The translations under genes were made by a program, and so were the position numbers. The notes beneath the pieces were generated by a model. It worked only from the letters and a program-made list of their open reading frames with translations. It made no database searches and had not been told where the DNA came from. Of a DNA stretch of 64,000 nucleotides, positions 1 through 12,980 are shown in pieces (within the stretch, counting starts at the first letter, position 1; each line of letters begins with the position of its first letter). Origin of the DNA: Macrostomum lignano (taxonomy: Eukaryota); the NCBI GenBank assembly GCA_002269645.1, contig NIVC01002921.1, forward strand, positions 62,001 through 126,000. The letters are read 5' to 3'.

Positions 1-590
1 CGATGGTCTTGTCAGAGATTCTATCAGCGATAGTCTTTTAAGAGATTCTGTCTGTAATTGTCTTGTCAGAGATTCTGTCAGAAATGGTCTTGTCAGAGAT
101 TCTGTCAGCGATGGTCTTGTCAGAGATTCTGTCAGCGATGGTCTTGTCAGAGATTCGAGATTCTGTCAGCGATGGTCTTGTCAGAGATTCTGTCAGCGAT
201 GGTCTTGTCAGAGATTCGAGATTCTGTCAGCGATGGTCTTGTCAGAGATTCGAGATTCTGTCAGCGATGGTCTTGTCAGAGATTCTATCAGCGATAGTCT
301 TTTAAGAGATTCTGTCTGTAATTGTCTTGTCAGAGATTCTGTCAGAAATGATCTTGTCAGAGATTCTGTCAGGAATGGTCTTGTCAGAGATTCTGTCAGT
401 ACTTGTCTTGTCAGAGATTCTGTCAGCGATGGTCTTGTCAGAGATTCTGTCAGCGATGGTCTCGTCAGATTGTGTCAGCGATGTTCTTGTCAGAGATTCT
501 TTCAGCGATGGTCTTGTCAGAGATTCTGTCAGCGATGGTCTTGTCAGAGATTCTGTCAGCGATTGTCTTGTCAGAGATTCTGTCAGTTGT
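1..590. repeat. 27-bp minisatellite (gcgatggtcttgtcagagattctgtca)n
   Basis: Direct tandem repeats; this explains the MVLSEILSA ORFs. Confidence 0.9.
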
Positions 591-723
591 TATTTAGTCA
601 GAGTCATTCTAATATCTTTATTCGCGCGATTCCAGTGTCACTGAACGAGACATCCGCACAGTGGGCCCAGCCAGTTCATAGCCGGGGTCGCTCACTGCCA
701 GCAGTTGAACCCTGATCAGCGCC

Positions 724-3700
724 ATGACCAGCCTGTGCATATTCAAAGACGGCGTATTCGACTGCCGTGCCCGCCTAGTCGGCCTGGACGCCCAGGCGCG
801 AGCCGTTTACGCCCGCGCCGACTCCTGCGCTGTGCTGTCCCGTCAGGGCCGCTGGTGCTACGCAGACGGCCGCCTGGCCGAGAGCCTGCAGGCTGATGTG
901 CTCGGCCGGACTCGCTGCCTGGCCGCCGGGCCGGACGGACTCTATCTGGTGGACGAGGCCGCCGGCCGGGTCAGCTTTCTGGCCTGGGGGCAGGCGGCCC
1001 TGCGCCCCATCACTCTGCCCAGTCCGGGTGCGTTTTGCTAAGTCTTAAATTCGAACATGTTTAATTAGAGATTCCAATCATTTCTCTTCGGTATGAGTCT
1101 CCAATTCTAAGAAATCAATAATTTTGATTCTTCAGTTATAAGAAATCAAATTTGAGCCTCCGATTCTAAGAAATCATGAGTTTGAACCATCGATTCTAAG
1201 AAATCATCAGTTTGAACCTCCGATTCTAAGAAATCATCAGTTTGAACCACCGATTCTAAGAAATCATCAGTTTGAACATCCGATTCTAAGAAATCATCAG
1301 TTTGAACCACCGATTCTAAGAAATCATCAGTTTGAACCACCGATTCTAAGAAATCATCAGTTTGAACATCCGATTCTAAGAAATCATCAGTTTGAACCTC
1401 CGATTCTAAGAAATCATCAGTTTGAACCACCGATTCTAAGAAATCATCAGTTTGAACATCCGATTCTAAGAAATCATCAGTTTGAACCACCGATTCTAAG
1501 AAATCATCAGTTTGAACATCCGATTCTAAGAAATCATCAGTTTGAACCACCGATTCTAAGAAATCATCAGTTTGAACCACCGATTCTAAGAAATCATCAG
1601 TTTGAACCTCCGATTCTAAGAAATCATCAGTTTGAACATCCGATTCTAAGAAATCATCAGTTTGAACCTCCGATTCTAAGAAATCATCAGTTTGAACATC
1701 CGATTCTAAGAAATCATCAGTTTGAACCTCCGATTCTAAGAAATCATCAGTTTGAACCTCCGATTCTAAGAAATCATCAGTTTGAACCACCGATTCTAAG
1801 AAATCATCAGTTTGAACATCCGATTCTAAGAAACCATCAGTTTGAACCTCCGATTCTAAGAAATCATCAATCTTAACCCCCCAATTCTAAGAAATCATAA
1901 GTTTGAACATCCAATTCTAAGAAATTATCAATATAGAGTGTAGTTCTAGAAAAGCATCAATTAGAGTTTCCGATTCTAAGAAATCATTAAGTTGAACCTC
2001 CAATTCTAAGAAAGCGTCAATTTTAACCCCCAATTCTAAGAAATCATCAGTTTGAACCTCCAATTCTAAGAAATAATTAATTTGAGCCTCCAATTCTTAG
2101 AAATAATAATTTTAGAAGCTCCAATTTGCAATTAAAATTATTCAAATATCCACAAATCCACATTCGGCCTCCTCGTTCCCTCCGCAGGCCTCCGCATCGA
2201 TTCCGTGGCCTGCAGCGAGCGCGCCGTCCTCCTGTTAACCGAGTGTGGCAACGTGTACAGCATGGGCTCCGGGCCCTGTCTCGGCCTGGGCGACACCGAC
2301 CTCGCCAGGGTGGCCGCCAGCCCCGTGCAGCTGCGCGGCCTCAGCCGGATCTGCCAGATCGCCTGCGGCCGGCGCCACTGCCTGGCGCTGCGCAACAGCC
2401 ACAGGAAGAACGCCGAGCTGGCCGGTACGGCCGCGTCCGGGCCCTGCCACCCGGACGACTCGGCCAGCCTGCCGTGGTTGGCCACATTCTCCAATTACAC
2501 TAGCAGCTTCATCAGGTCCAGCATTCCCAGCTTCATTGCCGACCGTCTGCCCGCTGCCGCTGACCGGCCTCAAGAGCTGCTGCGGGCAACTCTGCTGGGT
2601 CGTCTGGTTGTCGGCAAGCAGCAGCCGCAGCAGCAGCCGCAGGCGTCGGCGCCTCAGCCGGTGCCGCAGCCTCGGCCTGGCGCGGCCAGTCGGGCGATCG
2701 GCGGCGGCGACAGTCAAGAGCGAGGCTCCACGGCAGGCGCGGGCCTGTCAGCGGAGGAGGTCGCCCTGCTGGCTGACGAGGCGGCCCTGGCTAGCCTGGG
2801 CTTGGACCAGGCCTCTCTAGTGCTGGGAAAGCCGTCCTCTCAGCAGCAGCACCAGCAGCAGTCCGTGGCCTCCAGCGCGCCATCCATGCTGAGGAACCTG
2901 CAGCTGGGCAGCGAGACTGTGCAATCGGCGCTGCACGAACGGTTGAAGAAAATCTCCAGCTTGTCGCAGATGTTCAGCCTGAGCCAGACCTCTGTAGACT
3001 CGGCTGGCGGCAGTTCCACGGCTGCTGCCGCCCCGGCTGCTACGACGACGACGACAACAACGGCTACTGCCGCTGCTTCGGGGGATCCCGAGGCCGACGC
3101 TGGCCGGGAGGCATCGGTGGACTCGACCAGCACCTCGTCGGTGTTTGGCAGCTCGTCGAATCCTAGCGCCGTCCAGTCGCCAGAGAGGCGGCAGCAGCGG
3201 CAGCCGGACGAACCCGGCCAGGAGCCGGCCGCGGCGGTTCGTCCGCGCTGGAAAGTCCGGCCGCCAGACAGCGGAGCGTCGGCCCGCGGGCAGCGCCGGG
3301 CCCGCCTGGAGCACGCCAGCCTGCACTGGAGCGAGAGCTCCGTGTACAGCTGGGGCGACAACTCGCACGGCCAGCTGGGACTGCAGGATCAGCCCGGCCT
3401 GCAGCTCAAACCGGTCTGCGTGCCCGCCCTGGAAGGTCGCGACGTTGTACGGCTGGTGGCCGGCGCCGCCCACTCGGTGGCGCTGACTGGCTTCGGACAG
3501 GCGCTCACCTGGGGAGACAACAGCCAGCGCCAGCTGGGCAGGCGCACCGCCGCCGCCGCGGAGGACATGTCAGCGACCTCCAGCAGCAGCTCCTGCCAGC
3601 CGATGCCAGTGGAGCCGCCGGTTCCCTTCGTAGTGTGGGACGTGGCCGCTCAGGACGACTGGACAGCTCTGACGGTGTACATTCGGCAGCAGCGGCCGGA

Positions 3701-6700
3701 CGTTTTTGTCTTCGGTCACTGCGGCAGCGGACGGGCCAGCGCGATGGGCGACGAAAGCGGCGCAGGCAGTGTCGGCGGAGTCGCCGAAGAATCCGCATCG
3801 TCGTCGAAAAGCGAAAGCGGCAGCGGCGACGCGGCCCGGCTGACGGCGCTGCCTGCCGGCTGCTACGTGAGTCACGTGGCCTGCGCCGACCGAGTCTGCT
3901 GCTGCGTCGTGGTCGAAGAGGACGCCGAGAACAAGCGTCGGGCTGCTCCGCTGGCCGCCCGAGTGCTGCACGAGCTGCTAGCGGGAGAGAAGGCCTACCT
4001 GCAGCAGCTGGCCGTGCTGTACGCCGCCTGCATCCAGATGGTTATTCGGCGACGGGACTTGCACGAACAGATGCAGGTGAGTGCATGTCACGGTGCTGTT
4101 GCATGTCTGTCACTGTGCTGTTGCATGCCTGTCACTGTGCTGTTGCATGCCTGTCACTGTGCTGTTGCATGCCTGTCACGGTGCTGTTGCATGCCTGTCA
4201 CTGTGCTGTTGCATGCCTGTCACTGTGCTGTTGCATGCCTGTCACTGTGCTGTTGCATGCCTGTCACTGTGCTGTTGCATGCCTGTCACTGTGCTGTTGC
4301 ATGCCTGTCACGGTGCTGTTGCATGCCTGTCACTGTGCTGTTGCATGCCTGTCACGGTGCTGTTGCATGCATGTCACGGTGCTGTTGCATGCCTGTCACG
4401 GTGCTGTTGCATGCCTGTCACTGTGCTGTTGCATGTCTGTCACTGTGCTGTTGCATGCCTGTCACGGTGCTGTTGCATGCATGTCACTGTGCTGTTGCAT
4501 GCCTTTCACTGTGCTGTTGCATGCCTGTCACTGTGCTGTTGCATGCATGTCACGGTGCTGTTGCATGCATGTCACTGTGCTGTTGCATGCCTGTCACTGT
4601 GCTGTTGCATGCCTGTCACGGTGCTGTTGCATGCCTGTCACTGTGCTGTTGCATGCCTGTCACGGTGCTGTTGCATGCCTGTCACTGTGCTGTTGCATGC
4701 CTGTCACGGTGCTGTTGCATGCCTGTCACGGTGCTGTTGCATGCCTGTCACTGTGCTGTTGCATGCATGTCACTGTGCTGTTGCATGCCTGTCACTGTGC
4801 TGTTGCATGCCTGTCAGTGCTGTTGCATGCCTGTCACTGTGCTGTTGCATGCCTGTCACGGTGCTGTTGCATGCCTGTCACTGTGCTGTTGCATGCCTGT
4901 CACTGTGCTGTTGCATGTCTGTCACGGTGCTGTTGCATGCCTGTCACTGTGCTGTTGCATGCCTGTCACTGTGCTGTTGCATGCCTGTCACTGTGCTGTT
5001 GCATGCCTGTCACTGTGCTGTTGCATGCCTGTCACTGTGCTGTTGCATGCCTGTCACTGTGCTGTTGCATGCCTGTCACGGTGCTGTTGCATGCCTGTCA
5101 CTGTGCTGTTGCATGCCTATCACTGTGCTGTTGCATGCCTGTCACTGTGCTGTTGCATGCCTGTCACTGTGCTGTTGCATGCCTGTCACTGTGCTGTTGC
5201 ATGCCTGTCACTGTGCTGTTGCATGCCTGTCACGGTGCTGTTGCATGCCTGTCACTGTGCTGTTGCATGCCTATCACTGTGCTGTTGCATGCCTGTCACT
5301 GTGCTGTTGCATGCCTGTCACTGTGCTGTTGCATGCCTGTCACTGTGCTGTTGCATGCCTGTCACTGTGCTGTTGCATGCCTGTCACTGTGCTGTTGCAT
5401 GCCTGTCACGGTGCTGTTGCATGCCTGTCACTGTGCTGTTGCATGCCTGTCACGGTGCTGTTGCATGCCTGTCACTGTGCTGTTGCATGCCTGTCACTGT
5501 GCTGTTGCATGCCTGTCACTGTGCTGTTGCATGCCTGTCACTGTGCTGTTGCATGCATGTCACGGTGCTGTTGCATGCCTGTCACGGTGCTGTTGCATGC
5601 CTGTCACGGTGCTGTTGCATGCCTGTCACTGTGCTGTTGCATGCCTGTCACGGTGCTGTTGCATGCCTGTCACTGTGCTGTTGCATGCCTGTCACTGTGC
5701 TGTTGCATGCATGTCACGGTGCTGTTGCATGCCTGTCACGGTGCTGTTGCATGCCTGTCACGGTGCTGTTGCATGCCTGTCACTGTGCTGTTGCATGCCT
5801 GTCACTGTGCTGTTGCATGCCTGTCACTGTGCTGTTGCATGCCTGTCACGGTGCTGTTGCATGCCTGTCACTGTGCTGTTGCATGCCTGTCACGGTGCTG
5901 TTGCATGCCTGTCACGGTGCTGTTGCATGCCTGTCACTGTGCTGTTGCATGCCTGTCACGGTGCTGTTGCATGCCTGTCACGGTGCTGTTGCATGCCTAT
6001 CACTGTGCTGTTACATGCCTGTCACGGTGCTGTTGCATGCCTGTCACGGTGCTGTTGCATGCCTGTCACGGTGCTGTTGCATGCCTGTCACTGTGCTGTT
6101 GCATGCCTGTCACTGTGCTGTTGCATGCCTGTCACTGTGCTGTTGCATGCCTGTCACTGTGCTGTTGCATGCCTGTCACGGTGCTGTTGCATGCCTGTCA
6201 CGGTGCTGTTGCATGCCTGTCACTGTGCTGTTGCATGCCTGTCACTGTGCTGTTGCATGCCTGTCACTGTGCTGTTGCATGCCTATCACTGTGCTGTTGC
6301 ATGTCTGTCACTGTGCTGTTGCATGCCTGTCACGGTGCTGTTGCATGTCTGTCACTGTGCTGTTGCATGCCTGTCACTGTGCTTTTGCATGTCTGTCACT
6401 GTGCTGTAACATAGCTGTCAAGGCACTCTAACATGACTGTCAGGGTACTGTAACATGACTGTCAGGGTACTGTAACATGACTGTCAGGGTACTGTAACAT
6501 GACTGTCAGGGTACTGTAACATGACTGTCAGGGTACTGTAACATGACTGTCAGGGTACTGTAACATGACTGTCAGGGTACTGTAACATGACTGTCAGGGT
6601 ACTGTAACATGACTGTCAGGGTACTGTAACATGACTGTCAGGGTACTGTAACATGACTGTCAGGGTACTGTAACATGACTGTCAGGGTACTGTAACATGA

Positions 6701-9700
6701 CTGTCAGGGTACTGTAACATGACTGTCAGGGTACTGTAACATGACTGTCAGGGTACTGTAACATGACTGTCAGGGTACTTTAACATGGCTCTGCTCTTTA
6801 TAATGTGTCCGCTTTGCTGTAATCTTTGCTGTAACTGTTTTTAGCCACTGTCAGTTCTGTAAAGAAAGCTTATCGAAAGTTCACTTTTTATTAAAATTGT
6901 ATAAAATTGTATAAAAAACCGTCAAAAATTGCATCGGCAGTATCTGCAATACATTTCAGGAAAACGCCTGGGGCAGCGCAATGCTCAGCCTGTTTGACAG
7001 CACCGTGCACCTGTTGCACCTGGCCTATCTCAACTGCCAGCACCTCACCCGGGTGCTCAAAGGCGAGCTCGACCTCGCCGACACGCCGATGTTCGGCTGG
7101 CGCGACTCCTTCCTGAGCAAATTCGAATTCCACCTGGCCAGCTACGCCGACTGCTTGGCCGTCAACGCCTTCGCCAGCCTGTTGAAGTCTGCCGACTCCG
7201 TCATCGACGATCGCCAGCTGTTCGCCGGCCTGGCCCCGCTGCCGGCCAAAGGCGAGGAGCGCCTGGAAGCGGTGCGAAACCGGTTCCAGGAGCCGCTCCG
7301 CCGCCTGTACACCTACCGGAGCCTGCTGCGCCAGCTGGTGCCTTCACCGAATCCGCCGCAACATTCGCCAGATGATGACGAAGACGACCAGCTCCACAGC
7401 AATGACGAAGACATCGGCGCTGACAAGCCCGACGACGCCGGCGACAGTGACGAGCCGTCCGGTCTGGACGCGGCCTGGAATCTGCGCATGTCGCTGGACA
7501 AGCTGGCCGAGCGCCGCGAGTCCGAGCTGCAACACGCGGCTGTCACTGTTGAGCGCTACCTGAGCCTGAGCAGCAAGGCTATGAACCAGCTGCTCAAGCC
7601 CAAACGGAGGCTGCTGTTTGATAGTAAATCCGTGCCTGCCTATGCGTCTAAGAGTTTGCGCGGCTCCAGCTCCACTGTCTACCTGCTGTTCGATGATGCC
7701 TTTGTGCAGGTGCGACTGGGCTGATTGAAACCCTATGCTGATCTTATCAATATGTAACTGGCTCGGCTGCTTGCCATCTTCCCATCTTTACCTAGTTATC
7801 TAGCTTGACCCATCTGGCTAGCTTGACCCATCTGACTAGCTTGACCCATCTGACTAGCTTGACCCATCTGGCTAGCTTGACCCATCTGACTAGCTTGATC
7901 CATCTGGCTAGCTTGACCCATCTGACTAGCTTGACCCATCTGGCTAGCTTGACCCATCTGGCTAGCTTGACCCATCTGACTAGCTTGATCCATCTGGCTA
8001 GCTTGACCCATCTGACTAGCTTGACCCATCTGACTAGCTTGACCCATCTGACTAGCTTGACCCATCTGGCTAGCTTGACCCATCTGACTAGCTTGACCCA
8101 TCTGGCTAGCTTGACCCATCTAACTAGCTTGACCTATCTGACTAGCTTGACCCACCTGGCTAGCTTGACCCATCTAACTAGCTTGACCTATCTGACTAGC
8201 TCGACCCATCTGGCTAGTTTGACCCATCTGGCTAGCTTGACCCATCTGGCTAGCTCGACCCACCTGGACATGGCTAGCTTGACCCACCTGGACATGGCTA
8301 GCTTGACCTATCTGGCTAGCTTGACCCATCTGGCTAGCTCGACCCACCTACATGGCTAGCTTGACCCACCTGACCAACTTTGACCCAGTTCTCTAGCTTG
8401 ACCCACCACTTATTAGCCTCTATCCAACGACCTACCCGAAGGTCCACGGCTCCAGCGTGACCGCCTGGCCCCTGGCCGTGCTCTGGCTGGACGTGCAGGA
8501 CGCGCAGAGCTCGTCGGGCTCGTCGGGTGGTTCGCCCTCGGCCTCGCCTCACTCGGCAGACGGGCAGGCCAAGCTGGTGCTGTTGAAAACGCCCGAGGAC
8601 ACGCTGAAGCTGTACTTCGCCAGCTGGGAGGACAAGACCACCTGGATCACCAACCTGTACCGGGCGATCAACTCTGTGGTGAACAGCAATGTGCTGTCGC
8701 AGCGCCGATCCACCGCCCTGACCGTTGGCCCGCCGGAGCAGCGCTACGGAGTCTACACCTTTAAGGTAGGGAGGGTGTCAGTTAGTATTTGGAGTTTTCA
8801 GGGAGGGCCAGCGAGACAACCTGCGATTAAGGCACTGCCCCGTTTCCGCAGTCTCGTATGAAAGCATTCTCTATATTGCTCTCTTCTAGAAGAGAGCGAC
8901 CGCCGCCGCCGGTCGATCTGGAACTCCTAAACGATCGAGTAGTATTATTCGCTTTGGCCCTAAAAAGCTAACTGAGGTGACAACGCGGATGGAAGGGGCG
9001 CCCAAGTGCTCTTTATTTTGCCATTTAATCTCGGATACAGACAGATTTTTGTGCGCTTATGATGCTACTTATTATATTATAGTAGTACGAATGGGGTCGC
9101 CTTTTTTAATTACGTGAACAGCAGACATTTCACCTTAAAATCAATAATTTACCTGTTTCTTAGAAAATATTGAAGAAACTTAAAGAATAAAAAAGATGAC
9201 AATTTACGTTGGCAATAAACCCTAAATTAATTGCATGGCATTACAAGATTAGAAAATTACTTAATCAGCTGATTCTACGAGTATATTAATAATTTAATAT
9301 GCAAGTAATTTAAACTGAATTATTATTGATTTCCATGACGAATCTATGATTTTAATAAGAATGCTTTATGACTTTGAATTCGAACCCAGGCCGGCAGCTT
9401 CAAGGACTGCACCTACTCGGGCTACTGGATGTCCGGCCTGATGGAGGGCCAGGGCCGCCTGGTGTTCCCGAATCGCAGCTTCTTCATTGGCCACTTCGCT
9501 CGCAACAGGATGCACGGCCAAGGTGTGTTCACCACGCCGGCTCCGGCGTCCTCTGCGTCCTCTGAGCACCGTAGCAACGGTGCCGGCGTCCTTGGCAACG
9601 ATAAATCCGAAGCTTCAGCGTCAGCTACGGCTGCCGATGCGGCGTCTGGCCCTGCGGCCGTTGAAGCTCTGGAAGAGATTCGCGAAGGCGCCTGGCGGGA

Positions 9701-10308
9701 CAATGTACAATGCGGCCGCGGCTCAGTCCGCTACGCCAACGGGGACGAGTACTTCGGCAATTTCCTTGACGGCCAGCGGGACGGCTTCGGCCACTTCCAG
9801 CAGTACCTGGCCGGCCGCCTGGCCTGCACCTACATTGGCGAGTGGCGCCGGGACGTCCGGCACGGCTACGGAGTTGAGTACTCGGAGCGGACCGGGCAGC
9901 ACTACTCAGGCTACTGGGCCAATAACTTGCGCCACGGCTGCGGCGTGCTGCTCAGTCTGGACGGCGCCTACAAGCGGGGCGGATTCGACCGGGGCGAGCT
10001 CACCGGGCCCGGCCTGGTGGTGCGCGGCCACTGCGGCGGCGGCGACTCTCCGCTGCTGTACGATGGCGAGCTGACGGCGGCCAGGCCGCAGGGCAAAGGC
10101 GTGCTGTACGCCGGCGGACTGGCTCTGACTGGCGCCTTCTCTGGCGACTTCGACGAATTGAAGTTCAATGGTACCGTCAGGCGGAGGGGCCGAAGCGGCG
10201 GCGATGCTGGCGGCGGTAGCGAGTCAGCTTTGACGGTACGGGGGGGCTGCTCTCTGTCTGGCTGTCTGTGTATGTCTGTCTGTCTGTGTCTGTCTGTCTG
10301 TCTGTCTG

Positions 10309-10347
<39 letters not shown>

Positions 10348-10350
10348 GTA

Positions 10351-10413
<63 letters not shown>

Positions 10414-10460
10414 GTCTGTCTGTCTGTCTGTCTGTGTCTGTCTGTCTGTCTGTCTGTCTG

Positions 10461-10495
<35 letters not shown>

Positions 10496-12444
10496 TGTCT
10501 GTTTGTCTGTCTGTCTGTCTCTTTGTCAGTCTGTCCAACGCACATTCGTTTCACTCCGCTGCCTGTCAAGCCTGTATAAAATTTTCCAAGTCGCCAACGC
10601 CGGCTGCAGGCCGCCGCCGAGCGGTTCGTGCCGAGCCTGGCGGCCCTCCTCAAATCCGAGTGCGCAACCCCGGCCGGCCAGCAGCAATTCTGCGTGCCAG
10701 CTGACGACAAATGGGCGGCGCTGTTCGCCGAATGCCGCGACCTGCTGTGGCGCGGCAGCTCCGGCGCCGGCGCCGATGATTCGCCGGAGGATCGGGCGCG
10801 CGTAGCTTGGCGCAACGTGGCCATTGCGATCGCGGCGCAGACAGAGATGGGCGCCACCGGGGCGCCAAGGCACCACGCCGAGCTGGAGGCGCTGCAACGG
10901 ATTCCCGACCCGGAGCAGGTGCGTCAAGTCTCTTGCTACTGTTCTTTAGGTGGTACTGAGGCAAATTAAGGCACAGAAAGTGTACATAATTAGAAAGTCA
11001 GTGCCGTTGTACACCCTGAGTGAGCGCCTGCGCACAGCATAGTCAGCGCAATTGGCAGAATTGCCTCGGCGCTTGTCGTGTGGGACTATTTCGCCGAAGG
11101 CGTTGCGCTAGGGAATACACACCTTCCCAGGTCCTCAGCTAGCTAGGTTTCGGTGCCGTCTGTAAGATTACAGGCACAGCCTCTATTCCCTATCGCGCAC
11201 TAATCGATCAGGCCCTCACCCTGGAGAGCCTGGAGCGCATCAAGGACTATCTTGGCAGGGCGTTCGCCTGCCGGGCCCACCCGCTGGGCGACCTTATGGC
11301 CTCCCTGGTGCGGGCATTCGACCTGGGCTACACCAACTGCGCCGCCCACCCGCTCATGCTGCTGCACGCTCGCGAGGAGGTCCAGTCCATTGTGTCCCGG
11401 CTCTACCAGCTGGTACGGGCTCTGTTCCCCTGTCTGCCGCTGGAGCACCAGCTTGTGGAAATCTACCCGGCTGCTCATCAGTTCGGCGTTGATGCAATCA
11501 AACAGCTCGGCGACGTGCGCGTTATTGACGAGGGTCACGTGACGGCTAGTTATCAGTTCTTGTCCGACAATTTTCTGAGAAGCTTCTTTTTACCACTGGT
11601 GTTTCCTACGCTGTTTAATCTGTACGTTCTGGCCGGCGCCAAGGAGAAGGACTACTATTTGCGGAAGGTGAGGCTCTTGAAGCTTGCTTTCGCTTGCCGC
11701 TATCATCTCTGCTCTCATCCCTCTTTCATCTCTTCTCTCATCTCTGCTCTCATTCCCGCTCTCATATATCTGCTCTCATATCTGCTCTCATCCCTCTTTC
11801 ATCTCTTCTCTCATCTCTGCTCTCATTCCCGCTCTCATCCCTCTCATCTCTGCTCTCATCCCTCTCATCTGTGCTCTCATTCCCGCTCTCATCTCCGCTT
11901 TGATTTCTATTCTCATTTCTGCTTTCATCTCAGTTCTGATCTGTTCTCTCATCTCAATTCCACTCCCACGCCACTGCCGCAGGTGACCCGCCTGGATGCC
12001 CTCAACGACCTGGCTCTGTTCTGCTCCCTCGGCGTGCCGGACTCGCTGCAGCTGCTGAACGCTGAGGCCGATGGAGAGCAGCAGACGGAACGCCGCAGTC
12101 TCCGGCACAGGTGCCGCTACATGCCCGCCGTACGCCGCCTGCGCGAAATCAGCACCTGCTATTCTCCCAGCCAGAAGATGACAGTGGTGTGCGACTGCAT
12201 CGACCTCATGGTGCAGGCCGTGTCGCAGTACTCTCAGGAAGGCGACTCCTCTCGTCTGGGCTCGGACGGCCTGCTGCCGCTCATCATCTACATGCTGGTG
12301 CGGGCTCACATTGCCGACCTGGGCGCCGAGCTCGCTTTTATCTACGATCATTTCACTAGCGACGGCCGGAACACCTTCATTCTGACCAAACTGGTTATCG
12401 CTTTTCTCACCCTGCTTGAGCAGGACAACTCGCTGCAGCTGTGA
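724..12444 (+). CDS. ALS2: Alsin-like Rab5 GEF (RCC1 repeats, DH/PH, MORN repeats, VPS9); exons 724-1027, 2188-4076, 6960-7709, 8442-8765, 9390-10235, 10610-10918, 11212-11667, 11983-12444 (~1779 aa)
   Basis: All junctions are GT-AG and phase-compatible (total 5340 nt). Motifs: RCC1 ([12 protein letters not shown]; [13 protein letters not shown]), DH start ([16 protein letters not shown]), MORN ([14 protein letters not shown]; [14 protein letters not shown]), alsin-like [14 protein letters not shown] and HPLGDL, VPS9 ([22 protein letters not shown]). The true start may lie upstream. Confidence 0.9.
1146..2100. repeat. 30-bp minisatellite (cgattctaagaaatcatcagtttgaaccac)n in ALS2 intron 1
   Basis: Highly regular core, degenerate at the 3' end. 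Confidence 0.95.
4081..6410. repeat. 22-bp minisatellite (gcatgcctgtcactgtgctgtt)n in ALS2 intron 2
   Basis: About 105 units; source of the spurious Cys-rich ORFs. Confidence 0.95.
6430..6780. repeat. 22-bp minisatellite (gtaacatgactgtcagggtact)n
   Basis: About 16 near-perfect units directly after the previous array. Confidence 0.95.
7797..8400. repeat. 18-bp minisatellite (ctagcttgacccatctgr)n in ALS2 intron 3
   Basis: Direct tandem repeats. Confidence 0.9.
10250..10520. repeat. (CTGT)n microsatellite in an ALS2 intron
   Basis: Direct reading. Confidence 0.9.
11700..11960. repeat. Irregular CT-rich repeat (tctcatctctgc-like) in the last ALS2 intron
   Basis: Direct reading. Confidence 0.75.
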
Positions 12445-12569
12445 GGCCTCACTGGGCTCTTTAATGACCGAACGTTTTGCGGAAAAGTATTATTTGTGTC
12501 TGTCTGGATGTCTACTTTTAAACTTTGTGTCCAGTTTGTCCGTCTATTATACAGTGCATCGGTTTCTTG

Positions 12570-12980
12570 ATTGTGTCCATAGCCCAGAATTTGTGTCTGC
12601 CTCTTTATCATTTCTGTCCATAGCCCAGAATTTGTGTCTGCCTCTTTATCATTTCTGTCCATAGCCCAGAATTTGTGTCTGCCTCTTATCATTTCTGTCC
12701 GAAGCCCAGAATTTGTGTCTGTCTCTTATCATTTGTGTCCGCAGCCCAGAATTTGTGTCTGCCTCTTATCATTTGTGTCCGTAGCCCAGAATTTGTGTCT
12801 GCCTCTTATCATTTGTGTCCGTAGCCCAGAATTTGTGTCTGCCTCTTATCATTTGTGTCCGCAGCCCAGAATTTGTGTCTGCCTCTTATCATTTGTGTCC
12901 GTAGCCCAGAATTTGTGTCTGCCTCTTATCATTTGTGTCCGAAGCCCAGAATTTGTGTCTGTCTCTAATAAAATTTGTGT
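12570..12980. repeat. 40-bp minisatellite (agcccagaatttgtgtctgcctcttatcatttgtgtccgt)n downstream of ALS2
   Basis: About 10 units. Confidence 0.9.

Noticed and set aside
1146-1790. (VQTDDFLES.)n ORF resembling a repetitive antigen
   Set aside because: Antisense reading of a 30-bp intronic minisatellite, with no non-repetitive coding flanks.
3635-6431. Huge Cys/His-rich ORFs in three frames ([22 protein letters not shown])n
   Set aside because: Translation of a stop-free 22-bp intronic satellite; the ALS2 exon ends at the GT donor at 4077.
8878-8897. Perfect 20-bp palindrome gctctcttctagaagagagc in an ALS2 intron
   Set aside because: Isolated, with no element boundaries or second copy in the window.
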